From Raillietiella orientalis (taxonomy: Eukaryota), in the NCBI GenBank assembly GCA_036172245.1, contig JAYWIR010000005.1, positions 1,860,001-1,924,000 on the forward strand: DNA of 64,000 nucleotides. The letters run 5' to 3'. The notes beneath the pieces are model-generated. The model was not told the DNA's origin, did not search any database, and saw only the letters and a list, made by a program, of their open reading frames with translations. Each line of letters opens with the position of its first letter. The first letter of the stretch is position 1. Below are positions 24,401 through 37,625 of this stretch, piece after piece. Position numbers and translations under genes: made by a program.

Positions 24401-27120
24401 TCTTGAATGTGGTTTTCCCTTTCTCTAGATAAATTGAATTGGGTCATTCTGATCAATAATTTGCTCTCTTAGAAGCAGAATGTGATATTTCAGTTTGGAT
24501 TCTTCCGCATTTTGTTTGGAAAACACGCATTCATTATGCGAGCCACGGCCTGCAACAGAAGAGGGCATCCGTGTTGATCTTTCTAGAAAAAATTCATCAA
24601 TCTCTGCTGAAAGTACCAACACTCCCCTGGCCCTGGGAGTTCTCAGAAATAAACTGATGTATGTAGCAAAATGGGAATCCATGGATAAGAAATGCCAGCT
24701 GTTTTAAAAAGAAGCTGGACGAAGGATTAGAATAATAGGAGAATGAAAATCTCTGAGATCGTCCCACACACGTCATTAGAAGAACTTGTCACTTCTAAAT
24801 CATCAGCAGTGTCCCATCTGTAACATGAGATGACGGAAACACGAACGCGCACGAATGATGCAAGATGTTCTGAGATTCGAACATGGGATCTCTTAGCGTC
24901 TTACGCTGAAGGAGACCCTAACTTGCTTGGTTCAATGTAATCATGATTGATGGCAGACGCAGAGCAACAGAACGCAAACATCTAGGCTTGAAATTCTCTA
25001 CCGAGTTGTAGATCGCAGTCAGGAAAGCTTTTTGTTCCCACGGCATCAGAGACACCGGCTTATGAGCCTTGTTCTGTATTTGTAGTTCGGGAACGGATAG
25101 TAAGAAGAGAAAAAGACACCCGAAGATACTGCCAAGTTGAGAACAAGTTGCGGAAATGAGAGGATATTCAACTGAGCTCAAAATAAGTGCAGATTTCGAA
25201 CTTTCAGCTCCTTCAGTCTTTAGAGCCACGACTTTAAAAGGACTTCGCCCACAGGGGGACTACCATTGCCTCCCTTGCCGGGGAGAAAGACCAAAAGAAT
25301 GTAGCGGGCAACTTTTTTTCCTGCTCGGAGCACTGCTTTTTAAACAGCGAAAAATGCATAGTTATCTCGTCCGCCTCTATGGAGGAAGTAAAAGGGGAAA
25401 GAGAAATGTTTTCATTCATCGTACGTGAGGTCCCAGCTAAAAACACTCGTTGGTCTCATCAAAGAGTAAATTTTTGTTCACTTGAAGGTCCATAGAGTGA
25501 GGTTGTCCACCATCTGCATTAAGTGGACGGAGAACCACCTGTCTTCAGCAATGGGAGAAGACATTGAACAACTCATCGGGAAATTACAAGATTTTGGCAG
25601 CTCCAAAAGCACAGATAACCAGTGATGTGTGTTTTGTTCGCCGCTTCCAAGCACTGAAGTCTGTTCCCAAGCAAAAGCAAGATTTTTGAAATCTCTGCCC
25701 TTCGATTCGCTCTAGCAGTCACTAGATGGTTTCCAGACAAAGTGATAAAACTTTTAATAGTTTTGCCACATAGCCGCAGGGCTTCGAGGTTTAATACCGC
25801 TAGGTGTTGAGGGGAATGCCGCGTACTGCTCGACGTTTGTGTAAATCAACTCACCTCGAATTTTGTTGGTTCTCACCAGAGCTGAAACGCTCCTCTGTGG
25901 GATTCCCGACTTCGCGATGGATTAGTGGCACCACAGAAGAAGAGATTTGCTGAGCATTTTAGGAGGACTCTTTGATCACTTGGAGCATGAAAGCCCCCAT
26001 TCGAGTCCGAGTAGTAATTGGAAGGCTGTTCTTATGGTTGGAGGGAACGATTCTTTGTGTCAATACCTCAGGAATCAATAGGAAGAACTATATCTATCCC
26101 GAAGCCTTGTAAATAACGTGCTCTAAACAGTCTTAAGGCATCCGCTCTTATATTCTTTCATCCTATTTCTCGAGTTATTTATTACTCTAGTAAAAGTGCA
26201 ATGCAACAAAAGCAGAAAACAAAAACAAACCATGTATCAAACCGAGTCCATTTCACCTGCGTATCGAAAATCCTCCCTAAATTACTTTCTCGTGGACAGT
26301 ACCAAAGGAGCTACTCCTACGATTTTCATGTTCCTGCTTTTATATTTCCATGTGCTGGTGTAAATCTTCCCACTTAACACTGGGGTTGTAATCTGACTTG
26401 ATCCATCGATGTTCGTAAAGGGTAGTGCGGAATAGCACAGTGAAAGCTTTCGGTTCCTCACTCTCCTCCTTAATGGAGGATGAAGCTCAAGAGCGATGCT
26501 GAAGAGTAGGAAAAAATTGTAATCCAGAGCAAGCTGAACTAAAGAAGGTGTCATGATGTTGCGTCCAATCCCTCCTCCTTCGCTGATTTTTCTTGCATTT
26601 TTTTTTTTTCTTGGCTTCCACGAAAAGTCCCCAAAACCAGAGGGTAGCTAGGAGTGGTCCATAACCTCGATGCATTTCGTCCGGGTTTTTCCGGGAATGC
26701 ATCCGGTTACCTGGAGGAAAAGCGACCTTCATTGTCCGCTCTATTCCTAGGCGACGGGAGGCATGCAAACCAAACGAGCCACACGATGCCTCCAGGGTCG
26801 AGTTCGCTGAAGACGCACCCGACAAGCGAGCCTTCAGGATCACGGATTCAGGAGTCTGGAAACCCTTGTATGAGGGGTGAGAGCCGCGCTGATCGCAGTG
26901 ACCAGAGGAGACGACTGCACCCAAGCAGAACTGAAGAGAATGCAGAAGTGGCAGCAGAGCGGGACGTGTCAGGCATCTGCTTCTCTTCATCCTCAACAAA
27001 ATGTTTCTTTTCCGTCGCCTGCTGTGACGCTGAGCGGAACCTTCGAAATTTGGGCGGAGGAGAAAATTCCGCGAGTCCACTGGAGAAACTCGGAGCGTGC
27101 TCACAGCTATATCGATATCC

Positions 27121-27250
27121 CTCTTCTTGTGATCCCGGGAACTTCCCTGCATGCTTTCATTGGTTTTTGGTTTTTTTCTTTCTTTTCGTTTGGGAGTCCC
27201 GAAGGTTGTGTAGCCTCCTCTGCTTCGTCCTCTGTACGTATCGGTCGGCA
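27121..27250 (+). repeat. Left arm of 130-bp inverted repeat
   Basis: Reverse complement of 28158-28287 with 3 mismatches by manual alignment. ORF-track peptides TDTYR.RSRGGYTTFGTPKRKERKKPKTNESMQGSSRDHKK appear on both strands. Confidence 0.95.
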
Positions 27251-28099
27251 ATGGATGGAACGGTGAGGAAGTTTTTCAGTTAGCTAAGGAAGCAATGATG
27301 GATAAGGCCGTGGGACAATTTAGAGCAGTGTGAAGCGACGTGAATTACGTCGCGATGCACGGATCCTCTACCCTAACAATTTCGATCAGAGGGAACGGTC
27401 CCTGATGAGGTGATCATAATCTGGCGGTGAGGTTGCTGGATGCTGCACGACGAAGAGCAGATTCAGATGAGATTGTATGAGGAAACTGAAGTAACGTCTC
27501 TTTTCGTTTACTGAGCCGCTTTCTTGAGGGGAAAGAAAAAAAAAAAACGAAATTCGTCTTGTAGGGAGGTGGGACTCCTGCTTTCGAACGCGAGGACGTA
27601 GAACCTTGCTACTGCTTTCAAGAGTTTCAAGAGGACAAGACATGGCAACAACTTTCGGACACCTTAGGAAAGTTTCAGAAATCATTGCCAAGATGAGGAA
27701 CAAGACGGCTTCAGGTCGCGAAGAAAAAAAAAAAATTTCATGACTTCAATCTTGCATTGCTCTTGCAGGCAATCAGAAGACATCTCAAAAAGTTTTCTTA
27801 GAGTGCCTTTGTAATGGCCAATTGTTTTTCAAACTACGACCAATTCGTAGAGACATCACTCTTTAGGAAGAGACGCTTCTTTAGCATCGGATACCTTCAC
27901 CAAGAGTCCGAATAAATCACCGTTCTATCGGCCTTCCCGATCACTGGGTCCCACGCAACCGCGATTTGCACACGATCAAGTCGGATGCTCCATTGTGGAG
28001 TATCTCGGGACAAGGATTGATGCTCGGAAGGAAACATTCCCTGCCCTGCGGAGCCGCTTCAAGACGCCGTCGTGTTGCCAGGAGGATTCCGAACGCTCA

Positions 28100-28425
28100 C
28101 GAGAATGCGAGCTGTTCCGGAAAAAAATGCTTGGCTTCTGGTACCTGTTCCGACCCGTGCAGACCGATACGTACAGACGACGAAGCAGAGGAGGCTACAC
28201 AACCTTCGGGACTCCCAAACGAAAAGAAAGAAAAAAACCAAAAACAAATGAAAGCATGCAGGGAAGTTCCCGGGATCACAAGAAGAGTTTGGTCGACGAG
28301 ACTCCGCGGAACGCGTAGAGGAACGCAAGGGCGTTCAGCTGCTTGGCTGCCGTGGTACCAAGGACCATGGCAGCTAGAAGCCCGATCGGATGATGGATTA
28401 CGGCCTTTCCATCTGATTCGCATGC
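28100..28425 (-). mobile_element. Short Tx1-like 3' fragment whose UTR forms the right IR arm
   Basis: RIRWKGRNPSS resembles RNGRDPS (about 39985) and REGRSP (about 21820). It is followed by GTGATCCC and a T-rich tract like the other Tx1 UTR starts. Confidence 0.4.
28158..28287 (-). repeat. Right arm of 130-bp inverted repeat
   Basis: Reverse complement of 27121-27250. Confidence 0.95.
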
Positions 28426-28999
28426 TATTTTTCTTCATGTTACTATTGTTTGCTTCAGCTGAGAGCTCGGAGATTATGAAGGAACACTTATAAACACTTA
28501 TAAACACAACAGTGCACATGCTATGGGATGCTTTGACTTTGGTACGGAAGATTCTTTATGAAACCAATAAGAAGCACAAAGAAGATTCAGCTAATTTTCA
28601 GGGAAAGACGTTAAAAGTAGGCGTCTCGAATCAGACCATTAATCCTCATGATGCGAATGAGCGCTAGAACGCGCGGACGGGAAGGTGGACTCCACTTCCG
28701 TATTAGAGTAGCCGCCTCGACGTGATCCGTGGGTGATAGTTTCCGGGCAACGGTTTTTTAATATTTGATACCATTTCATGGCAAAAGCATGATTCTGCAG
28801 AGATTCAGAAAAATGATCCTGGACGGCGTCCGCCATTCCATAACTGCCACAGTGAACGAAGGATGTCTTCTGTTTTCATGTCTGGACCTTTGTGTCCAGA
28901 CCATCGAGTCAAATGTGTTCTAAATAATTGAGAGCTCTCCTGGATCGCGAGCAGATCAAGAAGACAGAGCCGTCGTTCTTGAAATAGCAGCTGCTTGCA

Positions 29000-30612
29000 T
29001 GGCATTTCGTTTGAAAGATTGGGTCGAACCGTTCGGAAAGAGCGCACCTGACAGCTGGCGACTTCAATGCCCAATGACGATCTTCAAAAGGCAGATTTGG
29101 CACTCAGTCCGTTCCTCCATGACAAGTTCAACTTGCTCGAACAGGATGCAATTCGGAACACCTTCAAGGCTTCCCTCCACTGGACCCTATTTTTTGTTTG
29201 CCCGCACCCCTACTCCACTAAGCTCTGGGCTCAACGCCTACTGAGGAATGTCCTCTGCGGAACTGCGAAGACCTGGATGCGCCTCGAGGACTTGCAAATC
29301 CGCCTCGGGATACCGGCTTAGGCATCCTGACGCTGGAAAGAATTGGGTTGCAAGTGCAGTTGCGAATGCTGGCACTCTGTGACAAGCTGTGGACTTCCCC
29401 ATTCTATGCACTAGCATGCATTATCCTGCGGAAATGCGTCTTCAGCGAAGGACTGCTCTTGTTGTGACAGAGCCCTCATTACAGGTTGAAGGAATTTGGC
29501 TCCTCCCTGAGACAACTCGCCTCCTCAGTGACAGCACAGCCATGGATCTCCTGCCCCTTAACAAACTACAATGCCTGGAGGCAGGAGGCTGTTGAGTCCT
29601 GGGTTACATCCCAAGGAATGCATTCTGAAGATTTTTGCCCCCTGCAACATCTGCTTCTCACGACCTCTGGAAGTGGTGATGCAGGACGAGGTGAAGTGGT
29701 CGATCCTGGCCGAGCTGGTGGATGCTGCCACTCCGCGTTCTGTGGCGAACAAACTTCTTCGGTGAGGCGAACTTTCGAGTGTTGCCCCCAAAGAACTTGT
29801 GAATGTTGCCCCCTAAGAATTGCTATCCCTCCTCATTGCCTGGGCGCTTCTGCGTTCCCGCTCTCCTGAAAACAGGCTGTGCTTCTCTTCCTCCACTGTA
29901 GATTCCAGTGCAACGAGCGGCGGCTCCGAGTTTCCGCAAGGGTTGCATCCCCGAACTGTGCCCGGTGCGGGTCAGCGAAGCCATTTCCACCGCACCTGCT
30001 TTTCAACTGTGGTGTTCTCCAGGAACTGTGACGGAGGATGGCATCAGCGCTCCTGCATTAGGCGGAAGCTGCTGGCGACCTGCTGCGACTGTTCGCACCG
30101 GGAGGACTCTTTCCGGGCGCGGTGATCGCAATCATAGGTTGGATGGGTACCATCGTCATGGACGCCACGTGCTAGAGACTGCCGGTTAGCGAAGGAAGGT
30201 CACTGGGATGGCAGCAACCTACATAAGGATGGCTGCAAAGTGGTTTCACCTTCAAGAGGAAGACAAGGAGGAGATCGCTGACATGCCGCCTCGGTTTCGA
30301 AGGTGAGGAACGGTGTACACTGGTGACCCTTGTCCCTAGCCTCCCTTCATTTTATTTTGCTTTTTTTTGTCTCATTCGCCACTTTCTTTCACTCGGTAAC
30401 TTCCCAGGTTTTTGTATTTTGATGCCGCTGCATTCGGAGTGCCCAAAAGACCCTTGTCTCATCTCCTTGGGTTTCCTCCTTTTTTGTATGTTCTCCTTCC
30501 CCTCCGTCCCATTCCAGACTTTCGAATATTATGACCTGAGTGTCGGTGGACCAGTTCTTTTGTCTCCTATTGGGATCCAGCGTGTTTCAAGCTAGTTCAT
30601 TTTTATAAAATG
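29000..30612 (+). mobile_element. Tx1/L1 LINE 3' 1.6 kb (subfamily B)
   Basis: WMRLEDLQIR / PRDTGLGIL thumb region, CARCGSAKPFPPHLLFNCGVLQEL zf-RVT (about 29958-30030), subfamily B C-terminus, UTR ending TTTTTATAAAAT. Confidence 0.8.
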
Positions 30613-30649
30613 AACATTATTTTGTTCTCGCTTCAAAATAAACGCCCCC

Positions 30650-31348
30650 AATCAACCAGTTTCAAACATGCTCTCCGAGTGCTGCCTCGTAATTACAAGG
30701 TTCTGGAGCACTTCTTCGTTACCTGGATCCCAGGGTCCCAGAGAGTCAACGATGAGAGCATGTATTCTGCATTGCTTCCCTTCTCTGTTTAGATGGAGGG
30801 CTATTTCAAGCTATACTTTTCCTGGTTCTTCCTCCTAGCTGCAGTGAACGCCTTTCTTCCACCATCGAACGGGCAGAAGATGTCCGGAGCCATTATCCAG
30901 TTTTCTTTCTTCGGTCTTGAGCTCTCTCGTTAGTGGACACCGGGGTCCACTTTGTTTCATCCACCGCGGCCATGCGGCTGATTTTTTTAATCGCGTTATG
31001 TCGCGCATTGGACAGTTGAAAGCGCCTCCTGCATCTGTTTTGTATATGAGGCGACGTTTCGTCCTCCGTCTGGCAGAGCCGACATGCGCGTTCCTGTGTT
31101 CTCATCCTGAGCCAGGTCATGACTCGTAGGAGGTTTCGTCGGGCTGAGCGGTTGAATCTGTATCCAAGAACCTCATATTCTCCGTTGGCGAGGAAGAAGC
31201 TTGAAGCGTAGTCCATGCCCACGCACTGCAGGCTTTCCCTTGACGGACGTGCGTTTGAACTGGGGATCTCCATGTGTGCCCTCTTTGCAGTGTTCCCACG
31301 CCGGAGTGTCAAGAGTCTGCCCTGCAACGCGACATAAATTTTAAGCAA
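30650..31348 (-). mobile_element. RLE-type non-LTR retrotransposon C-terminus (NeSL/Utopia/R2-like)
   Basis: ASSFFLANGEY...RF..SARRNLL...ACRLCQTEDETSPHIQNRC...ARHNAI (CCHC plus RHN), then DIFCPFDGG, AFTAARRKNQEKY and LIVDSLGPWDPGNEEVL (restriction-like endonuclease motifs) in shifted frames. Confidence 0.88.
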
Positions 31349-32109
31349 TAAAACAAACTGCAGCAGTCCATCGGATAAACAGATTTTAAAGCGAATCTTG
31401 GTTACGGTTGCTCGTCAAGATGGCGATCGAGTTTTTTTCCGAAGCGAGGTCATGTTCGAGAATCTTCAGCTGCTCGGTCATAATGTACATCATCTGCTCT
31501 GAGTGCAGTATGATTAGTTTCGTTTCCGGAAGACTTTCCTGTGTACTTTTTCTTCCTTTCTTTATGTCTTCTTTGTATTCCCCCTTCGTTTCTGCTTCGT
31601 GGTAGCTGCTTCGGTCCCGCACCATCGTCCTGCCAAGACGCACGCGCCGGCACATTTGCTGCAGACGTACACCGTCATCAAGATTCCTGCACTGCTCGTG
31701 TTCAAACCCGATGGGATTTCACGACCGCTAGACATTTCTTGTCAATACGGCTATCCTGAACAGGAAGGAAGCTCTTCCTCGGACAAAACAATAGGGATTT
31801 CGCACCCTTTGTTGAGCATTCAGCGGGGTGTGTTTCAGCACGCTCCCCCTCTTTCCCCCCCCCTCCTATTTGTCACTCCACGCGCGGGCGCGTTTTCCCA
31901 CTGTGGCCTTGTTAGTAGCTCCCCAGCCCCATCCGTCCACGTCTCGCAGCCGGGACTGCATCGGAACGAATAAGAAACTCCTTTCGAAGGAAGATTTTGA
32001 ATCTGCGGAATAAGAGAGATGCTGAATGGAGGGAAAGGGGGAAAAGGCGATCAAAAGTAAGAGAAACCATCAGAGGCGGAGGGAGCAGATGCAACTGAGG
32101 AAGTAGGAG

Positions 32110-32400
32110 ACGAGACACGGATATCGACACTTCCTGCAGTGGATAAAAATGAGGCTGGCAATCTTCTGGCTGAGCTGAAGAGACGGGATTTCATAGGGAA
32201 TCCACTTCAAGGGTGCGCCCGATATGACGTCGCAGCCTGGAATGACCTGGAACTTCACGTGATTGGATCCTTCCTGACGCGGGGTAGCATGTGCGGGAAA
32301 GCTCAGAAAGAGGCGGTACGCAAGAACTTTACCCGTGAAGGCCTTTTTGCATCTGCGAGTGAGACATTCCGTAGGATTTGGTAGATCTGCGTAGAGGCCG
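32110..32400 (-). mobile_element. Start of a non-LTR reverse transcriptase domain (degenerate)
   Basis: IPGCDVISGAPLKWIP...IASLIFIHC (cf. APGPDGI....LK..P...L..IFN.C). Same strand as the downstream RLE fragment. Confidence 0.4.
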
Positions 32401-35040
32401 CCGCCTTCCTTTCAAACCTTTTCGAAACTCTCTGGGAGAACCGTTCTCCGCATCCTGGAGCTATTTCTGCCTGGAATTTACGGGAAAATTTTCATCATCG
32501 CTGAGCGTTCCCGGTCCTGGCCTGATCGAGAGGCAGCTAGGATTTTCCCCTTTTCTCTGGCAGAAGAGCAAGATGGCAGGTCTTTTGTTGAGCTCCCACT
32601 GGAATGAGATTCCCTGCTTGCGACGCTGCGGTGCTCATAGTGGGCGTGAATAGGGCTCCGTCGAGACTGACTTCGCGCGCAAATCCTAATAGTCCTCGAT
32701 AATGACTGCCGTCTCACTGACGCCAGCAGAGCGTCCGAGAGGCCGCAAGGGTTCGGGATGCCAGGAAACCGGCAAGCAGGCAGCCTCCCTGGAATCCCGT
32801 GCTCCTCGTCGCTGCGCAGACGATTCTGTGCTACCGAGGGGCGTCTCTAAGGCAGGAAGAGGAGGTCCTTCCTCGTTGCCTTCAGTCGCAGATCCCCGCT
32901 TGCGCGACCGTCTCGGCGTTTCCCCAGGGCATCCTGTCACCCTGCGCTCGCCCCAACGTGCGCCAGGGATGCGGTCGGGGAAGCGCCCTCCCACCCCCGT
33001 CCTTGATCTCGGAACCTCTCTGGCTCCTAGGACTCGGGGAGCGCCACGGCATTCCCCGAGTCGGTTTCCTCGAGAACCTCCTTATTTTCTTTCGCTTCCG
33101 GTGTGAGGTGGGGTTATGGAGGGCGGCAACGATTTCTGGAGAGAGGGAAAATTGGGAGAAAAGCGGAAACAGGTCCGGTGCCCCTAGCGGGGACCGGAAT
33201 CGAGCCTCCTGCTTCGGCTTCTTCCCATCGAGACGGCGCCCCAGACCACCACTTTAGGGCTGGCGTGCGTGGGGTAGCAAAAACCGCCACCACGCGAACA
33301 TCCTCATCGCAGTGAGCGCTCCCTGGTAGCTGGTTGGGCAGTTTGCTTCCTTTGAGAGAGATTTACTCCTGAGGGAAGGGGCTGACGCTTCGTCCGCACA
33401 TGAGAATTTCCTCCCTGCCTCACCAGTAGGAGCCTCCGGGATCTGCCCTTCTCTTGGTTCGTACTACTAGTCGATGGCTGTCATCTTCAAGGGACTCTCT
33501 CGGACAAAACGCGACCATCTGGAGGATGCTCCCCGATTTCAGCTTGTGAGATCTCAGGGCGCGGCGAGAGCCAGTTTGGACATAAACGAGGGCAAGCAGG
33601 AGGGGAAGGGCATTCCCCTTTTCTCCTTTTTCAATCACGTAACTTGTCCCTTTGTTGTCTTTTGACTGCAAGCTGGTGCTGTTTGCGGTCCATGCCATGC
33701 ACTCGAGAGGCAGAGCCCACACCAGCGGCTAGATCTCGTTTCGAGAATAGCAGGAAGATGAATGCAGTATTCATCCAGACGACTACTTGGAACGTGGAGA
33801 CTCGGTACATCCATCTCCGCTTGCGATACGTCACTCATTGTAGACTTCCCAATGTCCTTCCGAGTGGCGCCGGTAGGGCGCGTAGTGTACAGTGTGCGGT
33901 TTTCTAGCGTAACTGCAATGCCTCATCTTTCCATTTAAGCGGTAACACTGACGCGTCCCAGCGTGACGGAGGGACCACAAATTTGTCGGAAGGCTCAGTC
34001 CACAGCTGGCACCATCGACGAAGTCCCTTCGCGATGGTGCGCGGGGTAGCAGCACTCCCCAATAAGCCGCCTTGCAGCCTCCAAGGATTTCGCCTTTCCT
34101 GCAGTGTTGGAGAAACACTCCCGCCCTGCCAGTAGGCAACTTTCGTCTCTTGCCCTGAGGGCAGCAGTGCTGTGGCAAGAGATGTTCTCAACTTCGGTCC
34201 CTCCCCTAAAGGATGACTGAGGAAGATTTACAGGCGACGAAGTTCCACTCGGCGCATTCCTTGGAAAGCAGCTCAGGACATGACCGCCTCCCACGGGCAA
34301 GCAGTTGTATTCAGAGGGCTGCTGGAGACCCATGGATGGGTTTCCAGAAGGAAAGGGAGATGTCTCACGAGGGAGCCAGATTCCCGCATCCTGTGGCTCG
34401 CTTGTTACAGAGTGTCAGCTCAGTATTCGCTACTGCATTTGCTGTCTGATTCACTCCAGTGCCAGGATGCCTAAGCCGCTATCCCGACGCTATGTCTTTG
34501 AGACGGATGCTGAACCTCGGTCCTCAATAAGAGTCCAGAGCTTGACCGAGTAGGGGTGCGGCTAAAGAAAAAAAAGGTGTGGAGGAGGGAGCAATAAAAT
34601 TGCTTCAAATGGCGGCCCGCATGACGTGCATGGATTGGACGGGAGCACAGGAGACTTCTTGAAAGCAGACGGTCAGTGTGTCGACTGCATGTTGAGGGAG
34701 TTCGTTGTGAGCCTCCTGACATTTCGATAAGAATCCGCTGGAGCAAAGGAGGCGACCGCCCTACGTACGGGCTCAAGGAAGTTTCTCGCATGATGCGGGA
34801 TTCGGAACTGCATGCCTGCTCTGTAGGAGGAGCACTCCGAGAAAAGAAGCTCAGTAAATCAATACCCGTAATTTCATTTCGTGTCCGTTATCTTTGGACC
34901 ATCGAGCTATCGAATCATCAGCTGTCCACATTTCACAATATTTATATCTTCAGCCACATTTCTGATGACTCAAGCACCGGCAAGCAAAGTGCCCAAAGTG
35001 CTGAATGCATGGCGTGTTTTGGTAGGCCGTCTTCCTTCCT

Positions 35041-35695
35041 CTGAACTGAGGGGAAAATGTCTTTCGGGCTCCCAATGTTCGAGTTCTTAGGTTCCAGGCA
35101 AATACCGGGAAAGTCTTTCCTTCCAAGGAAGATTTGCCCCCCCCTGGCTGTGTCCAAAGGGAATTCCCAAAGAGGATCTCTTCCTTATTCTCTCTGGAGG
35201 GGGCGACTGTTCGATTTTTCTCCGAAGAAAACCCGGAAAGGATCCTCTTCTGGAATTTCTTCTATACATAGAACCCCCGCAAGGGAACTGCTCCTGGTTT
35301 CCTCCTCTGAAGAGAACTCCGAAGGGAGTAGCGCGCTTCTTGCACTCTGGAGAGGCAGCCCCTCCGAGGGGGACATCAACTAGTTCCATGATACGACCCC
35401 ATTCTCACAGCCGAAGGCGAATCCCGCAAGGAACTGGATCCTTGATTTCTGGAAGGACCCCGAAAGGTCAGCTTCCAATCCCAGCCAGTCAACGAGGTGT
35501 CCGGCTTCCACCAGTGCCACATCCTAAGTCCACAGGCCACTCAGCGTCATCCTGCGTGGAGACTCGAAATCCACAATGCTCCCCCGTTTCCCGGAGTCGA
35601 CTCTTACCCGGGTGGGATCCGAACCCGCAACACTTGATACGACTTGCAAATGTCGTAGCCACACTGCAGCCAACTCGGACCCATTGGTTTCCCTG
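35041..35695 (-). mobile_element. tRNA-headed SINE-like element (copy 4)
   Basis: B-box GGTTCGGATCCC on minus at 35614-35625. Body colinear with 38716-39280 (e.g. GGCTGTGAGAATGGGGTC, ATGGAACTAGTTGAT, AGAGTGCAAGAAGCGC). Confidence 0.85.
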
Positions 35696-36449
35696 CACGG
35701 ACCCATGGGCACGTGAGGGGAAGTGGATTCTTCTCCCCACGTGCCAGTAGGTGGCATGGTCCCCATCCTGAAGAGTGTGGCAGCGTTTCGCAGCGGTCCT
35801 GCCTTGGCGCTGGACAGACATCCCCCAGAGACCTGTTGGAGAGCCCCTACGTGCTCTGCCCAGTGTCACCTGCCAGCGAGGTCTCAACTGTCTGTTGTCT
35901 CGTGCGGCACGAAGCTCAGCTGGAAGAACACAGAGCAACGGGAACTTGGTCTCTATGACCACATCCTTCTTCAGGAAAAAAAGACCTCAGTGTCCTGCGT
36001 CCTCGGAGGGTCGGGAGCTGCGAATGAAAATTACGAAACAGAACTGCATGCTTTTCTTGATTTTTCTCTGCAACTCGACTTCCCGATGTTTCCGGGAAGA
36101 TGCAGCTGTGGCTTCATCGAACCAATGAAGTGGCAGGTCCCTCCTAGATGGATTTCATGGATTAACCTGGCAGTACCCTGTACAGGATGCGGAGAGGTTC
36201 CGCTGACCTTCACCTTTCTCCCTCTGTGCATGAAACCTTGCTTCGTTTTCTTCTTCGATGCAGAAGATCTCATAGGCATCCTAGATGACTTCTGACACAC
36301 TTTTCACAATGCAAAGCCACTTGCTTTCTGGGAGCTCACAAACAGTTTCTCTCCTGGTTCATGGGAACAGGTTTTTCGTGCGATGTATTCATGCAAGCTC
36401 GCTTTTGTAACGTTATTTCTGGAGTCTTCCTTCTAGAGCCGTCGCGGGA

Positions 36450-36800
36450 TGACGCTGATCAGCGCCCTGATTTCCTTTTCTAGACGATGCCACCTAGCAT
36501 GCGTGGTCATGCAGGCGGCTGCCACACGGGTAACCTCCCTTTACTGAGCCTGCGTCAGCAAGACGTAGCGGGCCATGACAACGTTGCATCTTTCTGCACC
36601 ATCCGAGGGAGTCCGCTCCGCTCGCGAAGTGCCGGAGCAGCAGTGTTTCGGCCAGGATCTGCTGGACGCTCCGCTACGTGACCGGAAGATTTTCTTTTCA
36701 ATGTCGCAGAAAATAAAGCCTCCACGCCCGTTTCTCGAAGACATGCCACCGGCAGCAGCACCTCATTCCGCTTTCGGCAGCGTTTCTTTTTCAACCGCTG
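36450..36800 (-). mobile_element. Diverged Tx1-like ORF2 3' fragment
   Basis: 36505-36560 is reverse-homologous to the REGRSPGWQPPT region (21820-21860). 36640-36795 is homologous to 38050-38215. Confidence 0.5.
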
Positions 36801-37439
36801 ACCCATGTCCCCACTCACCCCTTATTTATTAATTGTCCCTTCCCACCCGACCCGGACTTTCTTCGGTTTTTCCTTTTCCAGGAGGAACGGGGTTTACCAA
36901 ACACCGCATGATGATAAGCTTGCTCTTCTAACGCTATTTCCGGAGTCTTCCGTCACCGGCGTTTCCTAAAACCTCATTTCCTCGGCGTTTGACTTTTTTC
37001 CAGATTCTTCTTCTCTTTCCTGCCATCGTTTTTTTCTTTTTGTTTCTTTGACAGTTTTACCGAGAATTCCGCTTGCCATTTTTGTAGGTAGCAGCGTAAT
37101 CAACATGAATAATAAATATTGCATTAACCCAGCACTTTCTGAAAGAAGTTTCTCCAGAAGCCGGCGAAGAAGCGACATCGGCAAGATAGGCGCCGCTCAC
37201 TGCAGATCAGATGGCAGAGAATTTCGCCGAGACTCCTGCATCTTCCAGTGGAAATTATATCTGGTGTTCCGTGATGCGATGGATTGAAACGCCATTTCCT
37301 AGTGGGACTGTAATCAATCATATTTTATAGACTATTTATAGGAAGTGAGTGAGAAGGAAGGAGAAACTGTGAAATCAAATCCCGGTTACCTAGCAACGGA
37401 GAGCGCATTAGAAGAACGCAGCTGCGAATTGGTTCGCGA

Positions 37440-37625
37440 GCAGCATTGCGGGTGCTGTACGTGCGGCGTGCAGCTGCCCGGCAAGCAGCACGAAACACAG
37501 GGAAAACCGCATCTTTTTTTCCAGGAGGAAGATTCCGTCCTTGCCAGCAGGAAAGGATGAAGGAATTTGGAACTCCTCCGCGGAGAACCCAGCTTCCAGC
37601 AGAGGATGCAATCCATCGGATGAGA
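37440..37625 (+). pseudogene. Possible THAP-domain remnant
   Basis: Cys-rich start (GCCTCGV / ACSC), then FFP..RF, RR and PAEDAI in shifting frames. Weak. Confidence 0.2.

Noticed and set aside
26487..27283. 254-aa and 209-aa ORFs
   Set aside because: They run through the inverted-repeat arm and low-complexity tracts, with no coherent protein; at most an ORF1-like remnant.
29040..29080. AGDFNAQ AP-endonuclease motif
   Set aside because: The surrounding sequence reads as the RT thumb in another frame, so the motif is probably coincidental.
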